DNA of 64,000 nt from Cyanophora paradoxa CCMP329 (lineage: Eukaryota > Plantae > Glaucophyta): NCBI GenBank assembly GCA_004431415.1, contig QPMI01000601.1, positions 62,001 through 126,000 on the forward strand, written 5' to 3'. The translations under genes were made by a program, and so were the position numbers. Position 1 is the first letter of the stretch. The number at the start of each line of letters is the position of its first letter. Below, piece by piece: positions 43,740 through 55,327 of the stretch. The notes under the pieces were generated by a model. That model worked only from the letters and a program-made list of their open reading frames with translations, was not told the DNA's origin and did no database searches.

Positions 43740-44580
43740 CTGAGATTCGCTGCGTCACTTGGAACGTCCAGGGACTGCTCGAGACCTTACGTGACCCGGC
43801 AGACCGCCTTCTAACGGCTCTCAACGAAACCGTGGGGACCTGGGCTGCGGACTTTGCAGCTTTCCAAGAACTCAGCCTGCCAGGCGCACGAATGCAAGGA
43901 CTCGTACGCACCATACATCGCACCCGCCCTGAAGGAACTCTCTACGTCTCAGGCCCCACCAACGCTGACGAGGCCGGACGCGGCAAAGGCGTCGCCCTGT
44001 GGGTGCACAACCGATTCAAACACGACATTGTCAAAACTTATTCAGTCCCCGGCCGCCTAATTGGTATTCTTTATCAGAAATCTCCAGCCGAGCGGCTCCT
44101 TGTCCTGAACGTGTACATGCCCCATCGCTCACTTCCCCAGAGCGAACTAGATGACGTCATGGAATATTTAACTACAACTGTCCTGAATGACTGGAGACAC
44201 AAGGATTTCAAACACACCGAACTAGTGCTAATGGGTGACTTTAATGCGGTCCATGACCCTCGCCGCGACCGCATCTCCACGGCCCGAGCTCGCAAATCAG
44301 CCCCTGAGCGGGATTTCTGGACAACGCTGCTCCACGACTGGCAGCTGATCGACCTCGGCACTCCAGGGGATATTACCTGGGTTAAGGCTGCTCGGACGGG
44401 GCCCCAGGGCGAAGGCCCAGACACTCCAGCCCCACAGCGCCTCCACACGGCTGCGCGACTGGATGGGATCCTTGCGTCTGAAACTCTGGCAGCGCGAATG
44501 CAGGCCACTCGCACACTCTACACTGCCCGAGTCCTGACCGCAATCCGCTCCGACCACTTCCCCGTGATCACCTCATTCAA
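43740..44580 (+). CDS. Apurinic-like endonuclease (APE) domain of the LINE
   Basis: TWNVQGL, AFQE, GKGVALWV, LNVYMP, MGDFNA, RLDGIL, SDHFPV. Confidence 0.93.
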
Positions 44581-45699
44581 CATTGAGGGGCTTTTCTCCT
44601 CGCTAGATAATGAAGGGAATGCGGTGCGCCCCAGCGTACGCCCTCAACCCCAGCCCCTACCCCCAGTCTTCACCTACTTGGCGCAACCAGCAGAAACACG
44701 CGTCAGAGCAAAGCTGCACGTCCAGACCTGGTTGTCCCGCTCCTCACCCCAAGTAAACCTCATCCTCCACCCCACAGAACAACAACGGACGCATCCAAAC
44801 TACCCGAAGCGGGTCAAGCGGGCAGTCCAAGCGCTCATGAATGCCCTCGTGGACGCAATTAAATACGCGGCCGAATCGCCTGACCTCAGCGACGCCCAAC
44901 TCCTCCAATACCGCCAACGCCGCGACCGGCCCCCAAGAATATTCACCCCAGGAACGAAGGAGCATGACTCCGGTATCCTGCTTCAAGTCCAGGGATGCCT
45001 CTCAGCTTGGGCGCGCCACGCTGACACGTCTGGACCCCCACCGGCACTTGCCCCCGACAACGCAGACAGCTCCAGCTCGTCCCCACTACACTACCTTACA
45101 CAACTCGAGCAAACTGTTGAACTCCACAATTTTGAAGTAGCTCAACGCCCGGAGACGGAACTCCATTACTACCCCATCCCCCTAGAAACCGCCCCAATTT
45201 TCCCGGGCGCCTCAGACCGTGCGACTCCCGAAGACTGCTGGTCGCGTTACTTTGCAGCATTAACCTCCTGGACAAATCGAAACATGGCAGCTCTTGATGC
45301 ACATCGCCGGGGCTTCCAGACTGACAAACTGTCCCGTGACATAGATGCCCGCCGCCACATGCTCTCCCGCTCGTCCTCGATGGGGCAAGCAATCCAGATT
45401 CTCTTCGACAAATTCAGGAGCACTGTTAAGCCCTATCTCACAAAACTGGTGGACGGTCTCGTGCACGTTATCACGGCGCCGCACGCTGTGAAGACAGAAT
45501 ATAAGGAATTCTTCGACGAACGATTCTGGTACCCGCGCGATGCCGCAGTCACACCCGACCGCATCCGCGCTCGCCTGGCCTCGCATCCCGAACGAGCCGA
45601 ACACTGGATCCGCCAGTACGCACCTCTCCCCCACGTCCAGCTTGCTGCATTTGATGGCATGACAGACATGCCCGACGATCGGGAAATCTCAGCCCGCCT

Positions 45700-47200
45700 C
45701 GCAGCCACATCAGACGGAGCCGGCGGCCCGTCAGGCCTCACCAATGGCATGCTCAAAATGATTTTTTTCCCCCCGCGCCTCTCAAAGGCCGATCGTCAAC
45801 TTCTCACCCTTAAGCACAGCCACGCTGAAGTTGATGCATGGGCGAGCACTGAATTCTGGACCACCTCCCGCGAGGTCATCAAGGCGATCGTCAAAGCCAC
45901 GCTTGAGGGCCATATATGCGACCATCTTCTCCGCGGACAGGTTTTTACCATCCCCAAACGCGACAATGCCACTGATCTAGGCTCCTTCGCCCAATCACGC
46001 TACAGGAAGTTCTCTGGAAACTTGTTACGGGCATCCTCACCGACAGGCTCGATTCCCGTCTGGAAGACCACCAGATCTTGCGAGGACCCAACTACGGCTT
46101 CCGTCGGCACGAATCTACCGACCCAGTCCTGTACGCGGTCCGCGCGGCCCTTGAGGACGCCCATGACCACCGCAAACCAATATATATTGGCCTCGGTGAC
46201 ATCGCTAGCGCGTACGACAGTGTCTCCTGGGAAAGCATGGAAGCCAGCTTCCGCCGGCTACGCATGCACGAACACCCGGCCGGCCACGCATATATCCAGC
46301 TGCATGCCTACGCAGCTCGACACCGCACGGCCGCCATCCTCACCCCCCACGGCCGTACAGAATGGTTCCAAGTTCGCTGCGGCTTGCCACAGGGAGGGAT
46401 CGAAGCCCCCCTTCACTGGCGTATATTCTACGATACGGTCCTCACAGCAATTGATGAAGAAGCACGGTCAACCAATATCGGATACCGCATGGGCCCCCTC
46501 CCAGGTACTCCCTCCGGGAAGCTCCGTGACTTTGTCCCAGGCACCACAGGCGCCGCGCGACCCGGGGAGACCTATAAAGTTCCAGCTGGGCCCCGCTCAT
46601 TCCTATCAATCCTGGCCTACGCGGATGACACGACGATGTTTGCAGATTCCCCACACACCCTCCAGCGCTTCTTCCAGTGGCTCTCAGAGTTCCTTCACAT
46701 TCATAACATACGCCTGAATGCAAAGAAGAGCGAGGTAGCCTTTTGGCGACCGGACTGGCGGCCATCACGCCCGATCACGCTCGCACCCATCAAAGTGGGA
46801 CTGGGCCCCCAAGCCGAGCCCATCGGCACCATCCATCAACCAAATGAGGCATTCCGAGTCCTTGGAGTATTATTTACAGCGTCGCTTGACTGGGGGCACC
46901 AATTTCGCCTCCTCCTTTCACATGCACGCACCGCAATGCACCTCCTTGGCCCAAAATATCTCTCCGTTGATGAATTTCGCACTGTTTTACACCGCGTTAT
47001 CTATCCTAAACTGGCTTACCCGATGCGAATCATGACGCTCAGTGCAGCTCGCTGTGCACAACTGGAGCGCGTCTGGTCCGAAGTGTTTAGACACGCAGCA
47101 GGTCACGCTAAATCAACCAGTACACCAGCACTCTACCTTCTCTATCAGCTGCGCCACGTCTCCACGCTCCTGCTCCAGTCTCAGACACTCGACGAGCGGC
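45700..47200 (+). CDS. Reverse transcriptase domain of the LINE (frameshift at ~45985)
   Basis: AGGPSGL, IPK, (L)RPITL, NYGFR, DIASAYDSV, GLPQG, LAYADD, LNAKKS, FRVLGV. Confidence 0.95.
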
Positions 47201-48739
47201 TCCGGCTCGAGACAGCTTATTTTCTCCCGGACTCCCTAATTGGCCAGCTCCACCGCCAACGCATTCTCGATACCCAAGCCCGACATGGGCTCTGCCTGCT
47301 CCCCTACGAATACTCGAACCTCACACCAACTTCCCGGCAAGAGGACACACATTTGTGCCTGTCCATTTCACGGGCTCTAGCCGCGTCTGATCATGCCTTC
47401 GCCAACTGGACGACATTCGCAGCGAATGGATGGGTGCTAGGCCTCTCAGGGACAGAAGCTAAACTTGACCGTCGGTTCATCCTAGCTTCCCAACTTTCTC
47501 CCGCCCTCCTAGCCAAGGCTGGCGTCTTTCTCATGGAATGTGGCCTCTTCACGATGGCCCACATCACAGTTCAGACTCACGGTGAAGTCTGCATCCCAAC
47601 CTGGTCAGAGCTCTGGCAGCTTTGCAGGGTCCCTTACACAAAGCGTAAACAGCCGGAATGGTGGGATTGGCTACGCGAAGAACTGTCTGAACGTGAACAT
47701 TTTGACAAAGCGGAGGGCCCCAACTGGCCCCGCCCGCTCCGCGCAGAATATCGCATGCCCCTACTCCCCCGCCCCCTTGATATTCGCCAGGCAGTCCGCG
47801 CTAGCCCCCTCATCGCCAAGCTCACCCCCGGCACGCTGGTATGGACCTCAGCGGGCTACCTAGCCGAGGTCGTGTCCACGCCTCTGATCGCAGACCCCGA
47901 AGCCACGAATCTCGACCCAGAAGCAACAGCGGAAACCGCAAAGGTCTACATGGTTCACCTGCGCCACTGGCGACTCGACGACTCAGAGCTCCGCGGACGC
48001 AACGAAATTATTGCAGAGACCGCTGGTGAGAAAGCTTGCTTCGTCCCCTGCCCAGCGCCGTCGTACTGCGGAAGCGCCGGCCTGCACAAACGCCTCGGCC
48101 TAGCCACTGATGTGTGCGAATGGCATGAATGGGCCACCCATGTCCGCGTGGCCCGCATTGCCGCCACAGGCCCGCCTGGTCATCCTTCCAAACGCCGTCG
48201 CCGCGCAGCCGACGAGCTGTTTGTTCCCCCACGCGTGCTAAACCAACGAGACAAGCCCGCCTCTGAGGCTAGCTCACCTGCAAGCTTGACCCACCAACTC
48301 TCAACCGCGGCGCACGTCCAGAAAAGGCTAGCAAGGCTGCACAAAAGGCTAGCCTTTGTTGGACTTCCGATGAATCGACAAGACTTCCGCTTAGCTTCCG
48401 GCCCCCGCCCGCGTCGAATCCGATCCTTGCCCCCGCGACCGACGCACGACTCCGACTCCGAGGATGCCGATGCACACGCCCAACCCCACTCTGTCTACTA
48501 TGAAGTACCCGACGGGGCCGCGCGATCCATCTGGCTCGAGCTTGCCCCTTGGTGGGCAGAATTTCAGGACGAAGCGGCGCAGCTCGACGTAACTGAAACG
48601 AAGCCACCCCTTCCTGCGCGTCGCGAAGACCTTGACCCATATCTCATCCCGTCGGCCCACCGGAACACAACGAACCCGCCGGCGGCACTAGCTCGAGTGA
48701 TCGAGGCTACACATGCGCCGGCACCGGACGCACTGGCCA

Positions 48740-49145
48740 CCTCAATCTGGACCGACGGGAGCACCAGACACGCAGGGAAACTCACAGTCCGAACGACGTT
48801 CGGCGTGGTAATGCCTGCAGCCCGAAACTCCCAGCTGCCCGCCACAGTCACCTTCTCAGCTCGTGTCAGCGGAGTCCAATACAACATCGGCCTTGGCGAG
48901 CTTGAGGCCGTCATGCTCGCGCTCACGTATCTAGGCAAGGATGGAGGCACCCTCACGCTCGACAGCAAAGGCACGATCTCGATCTTGCTGCGCTTTTGCC
49001 TCACAGGCTGCCCCCTCCTACTTCGGAAAGTCCTCCGCAGTCCATACTGCGACACAATACTAGCAATACGTGCAATTGTTGCAGCCCGGGTAAGAGCAGG
49101 CTACGCCCCCCTCCCGACTCTTAAATGGACCCCGGCCCATGAGCC
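48740..49145 (+). CDS. RNase H domain, N-terminal part
   Basis: IWTDGS, GELEAV..AL, LDSK, KWTPAH. Confidence 0.85.
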
Positions 49146-50349
49146 GAAAACCATCCCTCTCACGAAGCTCGAGCCCCGACCGCCCCACCCGGGACCGCCC
49201 CACCAGCCCCCGAGGGCTGCCCCACCACGAATGCCTTTCGATGCCACCCGTCCCTATGTCACGCGCTCGGGCCCTGCCCCGCCCCCTCGCAGCCAGCCGC
49301 CGACAGCGGAGGCAGCGGCCCGGGAATACTGCAGTGTCTACGGAGGGTTGAATATTCCAAAGGCCTATCTACATGACGGGCCTAAAGATGACGAGGGCGT
49401 GCCCAGGTCTATATTGCCCCCCACACGCTTGGCGAATATGAACAATACCTGGCAAACCCCGACATCTTAGAGCTTGCTCAGTTCGGAACGCCGCACCACC
49501 TTCTGCTCGATCTGGCTGCGGCTGCCCCTGACCTCGCGACACACCCAGCCGAGCAATGTATAATCTGGAATAACGCCATTCGCATACCGCGGGCCCATGC
49601 ACGTGTGCCGCCTGAGGGCTCTCTCCTGATTACGGCTCCAGCCGATTACCTACGACGCTACACACCTTGGCTCGCCGCCCTCCCGAGTCGGCATCGCACC
49701 AGAATCACTCTCCACTGCACTTCCCCCATTAACCCAATATTTTGGCCTGAAGTCGACGCTTCTCTCCCAACAATGGGCCCGTCGCGCACAGAATACTGGG
49801 ATGCACTCGCAGTCAGAGCGAATGCTCGCCGCGACTATCCTCTCACTGGCCCTCTGTACCCCTCCGGAGCCCTGCGTGACCAGACTATCTGGCTCACCTC
49901 GCCGTCTCGGTGGCAGCTAGCTGAAAATGGCTCCCTCCCGGCTGCGTGCCCCGCTTGGTACTGGGACGAGGACCTGCCCCTGTCCCCCAGCGACCCGACG
50001 ACAGCATACCACCGCTGCGACCCGGACCGCCCGTGCACTTCCCTTGACTTTGTACTCCAAGACTGGCGAGCGGGCCCCGCCCCCCTCTGCACTCTATGCC
50101 ACCCGGCCGTGTTGCCCAACACTCCCAGCCCGATTCTCCCGGAGCGGCCATCGCACGGCAAGTTCACAGACGCAGATGCAGTCTGTGCATACCACCCGCC
50201 CCCGCCCACCGTTGGAGCCTCAGCCGCCTACCCAAACTACCGGGCTGCGCCACTGCCGCCAACTCTGCGCCAGCAAGTGCAGGCGGCATCTATGCGTGAC
50301 CCTCTCACGCTCTCCGACCGTGAAGCTGCCTCTGCGCTCCTCGTTCAAG

Positions 50350-50960
50350 AAATGCCCCTTCAAGAGCAGCATGTAGCCGCGTTCCTACGCCTTGTCGCTC
50401 GCCGAGCTGTGCATGAACGTGCACGGACGCCAGGCCTTCCCCACTGTATCTTTGCCACTCCCCGTGCCGCTAGACGAGCCCTCTTAGACCCGGACTGCGC
50501 ACCAGAATTTATTTGCTCAAACAAAGCGACCCTCCGCCCGACCGACGTCGACTACCTCCTGCTCCCCCTCCCGCCCGTCCCCGGGCCTGACGGTCGGGCA
50601 CGTCTCCGCCACTGGCGCCTGGCGCTCATCTCGCCGCGCACCCGAGTTATAAGGGTCATCGACGGCTCTCACGCGCCATGCGCTGATGTTCTCCCTGAAC
50701 TTCAAGCTTGGGCAGACGCGTGGCAGGAGCAAGCTGGGGGCCCGGCCCCCCAATGTCCCCGCTGGTTCTGCGATGCTAGTACCCTCAACTCGCCGAGCTG
50801 GCCAGGAGCGGATCGCGGCGAAGACGCCCTACTGGTTATGGCAGCTGCAGACTATATCGCCTCGGGCTACATCTCACGCATGACCGGAAACGCCCCCGGC
50901 AAACTATCGCGTACCATCCTCCCGGCAATTCGACTGCGATACGCCGCTGCCCTCTACCTT
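50350..50960 (+). CDS. Ulp1/C48 protease-like domain 1 (catalytic Cys apparently missing)
   Basis: L....V..FL.L, DYLLLP, HWRLALI....R.IRVIDG; ADRGEDALLV in place of Q....CG. Confidence 0.6.
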
Positions 50961-51504
50961 TCAGACCTCAGCCTCACAGGACAAGGCTACAAACCACCGA
51001 AGCCCTCTTTCCCTGCCGACTGGACCGGGCCCACCCACCCACATGACTTGGATCAGCTGCATCCGTCTGCGACGCCGCCTCAACCGGAGCCCCGTCGGCA
51101 CCAATATTCGGCTCTGTCGCGGCACCCGCACTAGCCGACCCGCCTTCACCGGTGCCCACAACACGCTCCGTGTCTCCTCCCGCCTCACCACCCTCGGGCA
51201 AGCAGGGGCGCCGAACCATCAGCTACCGCCCCTGTACCGCCCCTCCCCGAGCTCTATCAGAAGCCGAGAAGGCTCTGCTTCCCCAAATTCGCATCTGCTG
51301 GGGTCCAGCCCTCAACCGAGGCGACCATGCAGCGGAGAACGCCATCATTGGGCTCCCACGTGCTTGCATTACGACAGACAGCCGACCCTCCCGATCGCCT
51401 GCCCCGGACCTCTACGTCGCAGACCTCGCTCGCCTCTACACAGATCTAGACCTACCCCCGCACCTAGGGATGGGCGAGCTCGGACTATTGCAAGTGCACT
51501 TCCC

Positions 51505-52100
51505 CGTGGAGTCTCGGACCGTGTGGTTGATGCCTTCTTCGATGTCCTGGCAGCCCGTCCCGTGTGCCGTGGGGGCGACGTTTGCTTCCTTCCTACCGCG
51601 ATCTCCACGGTCGGTGCAGGCGCCCAACCCCACACCCTGAACCCAGCACAAGCCCTGCAATATCTGCCGCCACGGCCACTACGGTCGTACCGCATGGTTT
51701 TCTTCCCTGCTCTGGTCCCGTCCCGCCTCCCGCAGCGGGAAGGCGACTCGGCCGACCACTGGGTCCTCCTTCTCATTGCCCCCAGACAACGCTCGATCCG
51801 AATCTACGACGGCGGCAACCGAAGCCGACCCGACCGAACAGCCCTCGGCCTTGACCTTGTCAGAATCTGGCTTCGAAGGGATGACGAGCCCTTCGCCCCG
51901 CCTCTCTGGACATCCTTCTCGACAGACGCCTGTGACGGCCCCATCCAGATTGCCCGCTCCTCCTGTGGGATCCTTCTCCTCATGACAGCCTACGTCCTCT
52001 CGGGTGACCCGTCGACGCAACGCCTCAGCACACTCATCCGGGACTTCCCGGAACGGCTTCGGACCTACACCCATTTCATTATACTTGCCCTTTACCTCGG
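51505..52100 (+). CDS. Ulp1/C48 (SUMO-protease-like) domain 2, catalytic residues intact
   Basis: VSDRVVDAFF, VFFP, HWVLLLI....SIRIYDG, PIQ....SCGILLL. Confidence 0.8.
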
Positions 52101-52202
52101 CACCACTGAAATAGGCTCCGCACCTTTCCCCCGGATCAGCTCGCGTTTGCGACTCCAGAAACAGCATGCGTTCCAACGCTCGGCAGCCGGCGCCGGCGAA
52201 CG

Positions 52203-53972
52203 GTGGCAACCTTGCACCACGGTGGCATGCTGCCGACGCCGCCTGACTCTGAAATCGACGACGGAGGCGAGACCCGCTTAACACTCGAGGACAACTGGCA
52301 GGCAAGCGACAGCGAAGAGGACTCCCTCGTTGCTCACTCCTGCCCTCCCTCGCCAACGCTCATCACGTTACCAGATCCGGCAGCAGATCCCCCGCCAAAA
52401 TCAGACGAGGCCGCCTTCGCCCAGGTCGTAGGAAAACTGCAAAGAGAACGGAGGCTGCATCTGCCTCGCGCCGAGATTCTCTCTAACCTTACCCGCCCGG
52501 CATCGCTCCGCGCAGCTGAGGTTGCCACCCTCGCCGAAGAGAACTCAAAATCGCCCCCACCGGCCCCTGCGCCTGCCCCGACCAAGAAAGACCGGGCGCG
52601 AGCCCGCCGGGCGCCGGGAGCGGAACTGGTACCCAATCCAGCGTACGACTGCTACAACGACCAGGCCGATCGCCTCGCGAAAAGCTGCAACGATGGGCCT
52701 TTCCCTGCCCTTCTATACCTCCCCGCAGGATGCGGGTCCACCACCCCGCTCATCCGCTATGGCACCAAGCCTGGCTCTGCGGAGCTACCGACCGGCACAG
52801 AGAGATACGCCGGCCACCTCTTGGCGTACCGCGTGAACGGAGACCCGCGCAAACACATGGACGAGGAAGCCCACCTCGTGGATTTCATTCAGTGGAGCTG
52901 TCAACTCGAAGCTGGTAGACTCCTGCGCTTCACTGGCGGCCAAATCGACGCTGCTCTCTCCCTCATGTCCGCACACCGCAAAGATGGACGCCGCAAGACC
53001 CAAGCCGGGGTTCAGCTTCGCGCGACGCGCTCGAAACTGCTGACTGCATCTCTGGCCACGCTGCGAGTCCGTGCTCGCACGCGCCCGGACATCTATGCGG
53101 CAATCTGCCCCGAGGGACCGATTTGCCCCCGCTGCCGCCTCGCAGAGGAAGACTTCGATCACATCTGGGTATGCCCTGCTGCTGCTACTGCCGTCAACGT
53201 CTTTCGCCTAGCCGCCCGCGAACACGTCCTTAAACACGTGATGAAACACAAGCCGACGGGACTTCGCAGCTCCTGGGACTCGCTATTCCCCTTCCTACTA
53301 GACCCTGGCATGTCCAGCCCTCCGCTCGAGTTCGCTCCGGATTGCCCACTGGGCCAGAAACTAGCTATTCTCGAAGCAGCCGACCTCCTTCATCAATTCG
53401 AATTTCGCGCTCTCTTCCAGCTTGTCGCCCCGCAAGGAATTCACGTCCTACTCCGAGCCTTCGGAGTTCGAACTCTAGCTACGACCTCGCAGCAAGCAGT
53501 GAATGGATTGGTGCAACTAGCGGACGAACATGCACGGACCATCTGGAAAACCCGCTGCGACGCAGTCATAGCCTGGGAACAGGAACACGGCATCACGTCG
53601 GGCAAAAAACGCACCAAGCGGGCTAAGGCCTCAATGCTGGCTCAGGTCTCTGCTACGCCAGCCCCGGCACCAATCCCTCTCAACCCGACTACCCGATGCC
53701 CCTCGCTCGAACGCCAACAAGTCACGGTCACGGAGTACCTCGGCGGGGCAGCTCCTGCCCTGGCGGCCGAGCTGGCGGCGTTCACCTGGAAGAAGCTGGA
53801 AGAGGAACCTACTCAACAGCCCCCCGACGTAGCGCCCGCCTCCGCGAACTCGACGCACGACGCCCTCGCTGCGACACCTGCGGGACAAGCTTTGCCTCCG
53901 CCCGCCGGTGCCTCCGCCACCTCGCTACCGGTCTCTGCGTCGACAGCGCAGCGGGAGTCGGCTTCCAGCTAG
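52203..53972 (+). CDS. LINE polyprotein C-terminal part: RNase H final helix, CCHC zinc finger, IWxxRC motif
   Basis: YNDQADRLAK (52653-52682), CPRCRLAEEDFDHIWVC (53124-53174), IWKTRC....WEQEHGIT..KKR. Confidence 0.85.
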   Translation: MATLHHGGMLPTPPDSEIDDGGETRLTLEDNWQASDSEEDSLVAHSCPPSPTLITLPDPAADPPPKSDEAAFAQVVGKLQRERRLHLPRAEILSNLTRPASLRAAEVATLAEENSKSPPPAPAPAPTKKDRARARRAPGAELVPNPAYDCYNDQADRLAKSCNDGPFPALLYLPAGCGSTTPLIRYGTKPGSAELPTGTERYAGHLLAYRVNGDPRKHMDEEAHLVDFIQWSCQLEAGRLLRFTGGQIDAALSLMSAHRKDGRRKTQAGVQLRATRSKLLTASLATLRVRARTRPDIYAAICPEGPICPRCRLAEEDFDHIWVCPAAATAVNVFRLAAREHVLKHVMKHKPTGLRSSWDSLFPFLLDPGMSSPPLEFAPDCPLGQKLAILEAADLLHQFEFRALFQLVAPQGIHVLLRAFGVRTLATTSQQAVNGLVQLADEHARTIWKTRCDAVIAWEQEHGITSGKKRTKRAKASMLAQVSATPAPAPIPLNPTTRCPSLERQQVTVTEYLGGAAPALAAELAAFTWKKLEEEPTQQPPDVAPASANSTHDALAATPAGQALPPPAGASATSLPVSASTAQRESASS

Positions 53973-54847
53973 TCCGCAATCCTAGCCCCTCCCAGCCCAC
54001 GTCCTCGACGACCGACTTGGAACTACCCCTTCTCTACCCCCCGCAGCCCCCCGCCCGCGTAGCGAAACGGCCTGCAGTCACGCCTGCAGCACCCCCGACA
54101 TCAGCTAAACGCTTCAGAGACGAGCACGGGGCCCCGCAACACCCGCCACCGTCCACCAGCAGGCCTCCACCCGTTGGCTCCAAACGCACGGTGGAGGATG
54201 ACGTTACAGCCCCGGCCTCCAGCGCCAAACGTCGCCCAGGGATAACACCGTCAGAGCCGCCGAGCAGCAAACGCAAACACGCACCGGCCCCTCGGAAGCC
54301 TCCAGGACAGAAACGCGGCAAGCGTGACGCCTCAGCCCCGCCACCGGACCCCATTCCGGGGCTCCCTGAGGGCTCCATCTTTAAATTCTTCGCCCAGGCG
54401 AATGGAAACCGACGGCAGAAACCACTCTGCGGCCGCCTAGCGAGCGCGCCCCCGCGGGCCAAGCAACCTCGAAACCCCGGAAAAAACTCCGCCGCCGCCA
54501 GCCAGCCCGACTGGAAGAGCTGCCCCCGCTGCCCCGGCCGCCGCCACCGCCCCCGAAGCCACCGCCGATGCCACTACCGACGCCCCCTCCCAAGCCGCGC
54601 AAACCTCGAAAGCCCCGCAGCATACTCCAATACCTCCCAGACATGTGCGCAACCTGCGGCTGCCGTCGCATCCACCATGACGCGATCACCCCCACAGGCC
54701 TGGCCCGTCTCCCACATCTGCTCTGCCCCTCCAGACACGCCCGCCAGCTTCTCAGCTCATCACTGCGCCTGTCAGCCACATATCATTTCCTTCATGTCGA
54801 CCCCTCGGGGCACAACATCCTGAAATACAAAGGCTAGCAAGGAGGTC

Positions 54848-54871
54848 CGGGGGGGGAGGGGAGGGGAGGGG

Positions 54872-54909
<38 letters not shown>
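54848..54909 (+). repeat. Poly-G tract in the LINE 3' region
   Basis: About 60 nt of almost pure G just after the last stop codon. Confidence 0.9.
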
Positions 54910-55309
54910 CGCAGGTCTCGGAGCGCGGCGCCTCGTCCCACTGGTCGGAGCTGGACTTCGAACGGCGGCGACGACGACGGGCGCGACGACACCGTGGACT
55001 CTCCCCCCTACCGCATCTCCGCCACTATTAGATAGGACACAGCGTACCACGGCCAAGTTCTACGAGACATCAAGCGGGCATCTAGGACCGTGCAGCTCAT
55101 CATGCCGCGCTCACTGCTAGAGGACCGGCGCATATTATGTTCTGGAGGCGACTCGGTAGACTACAGCTAAAGCACCAGCTCGACACGACTAGTAGCTGTA
55201 GCACTCTTGTCACCTATCTCCTCCTGCAGTCAGCATCCCAGTATCCAGTAGGCGAGGAGCGGGGGACTGTTGTCAAGTGTGTACGAATGCAACAGGTTGT
55301 TCAAAAAAA

Positions 55310-55327
55310 ATTCAGAAGAGCGAATCG
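55310..55327 (+). repeat. Right target-site duplication
   Basis: ATTCAGAAGAGCGAATCG preceded by an A-run. Confidence 0.95.

Larger units (their letters stand above)
34459..55309 (+). mobile_element. Giant (~20.85 kb) non-LTR retrotransposon (APE-RT-RNase H-CCHC), probably 5'-truncated
   Basis: Sharp GC-rich block flanked by an 18-bp TSD, A-run at 55303..55310, canonical LINE domains. The reading frame is already open at the 5' junction. Confidence 0.92.

Noticed and set aside
53180-53972. Restriction-like endonuclease after the CCHC finger (Dualen/RandI type)
   Set aside because: No PD..D/E.K motif recognised; the region instead shows the IWxxRC motif typical of APE-only LINEs.
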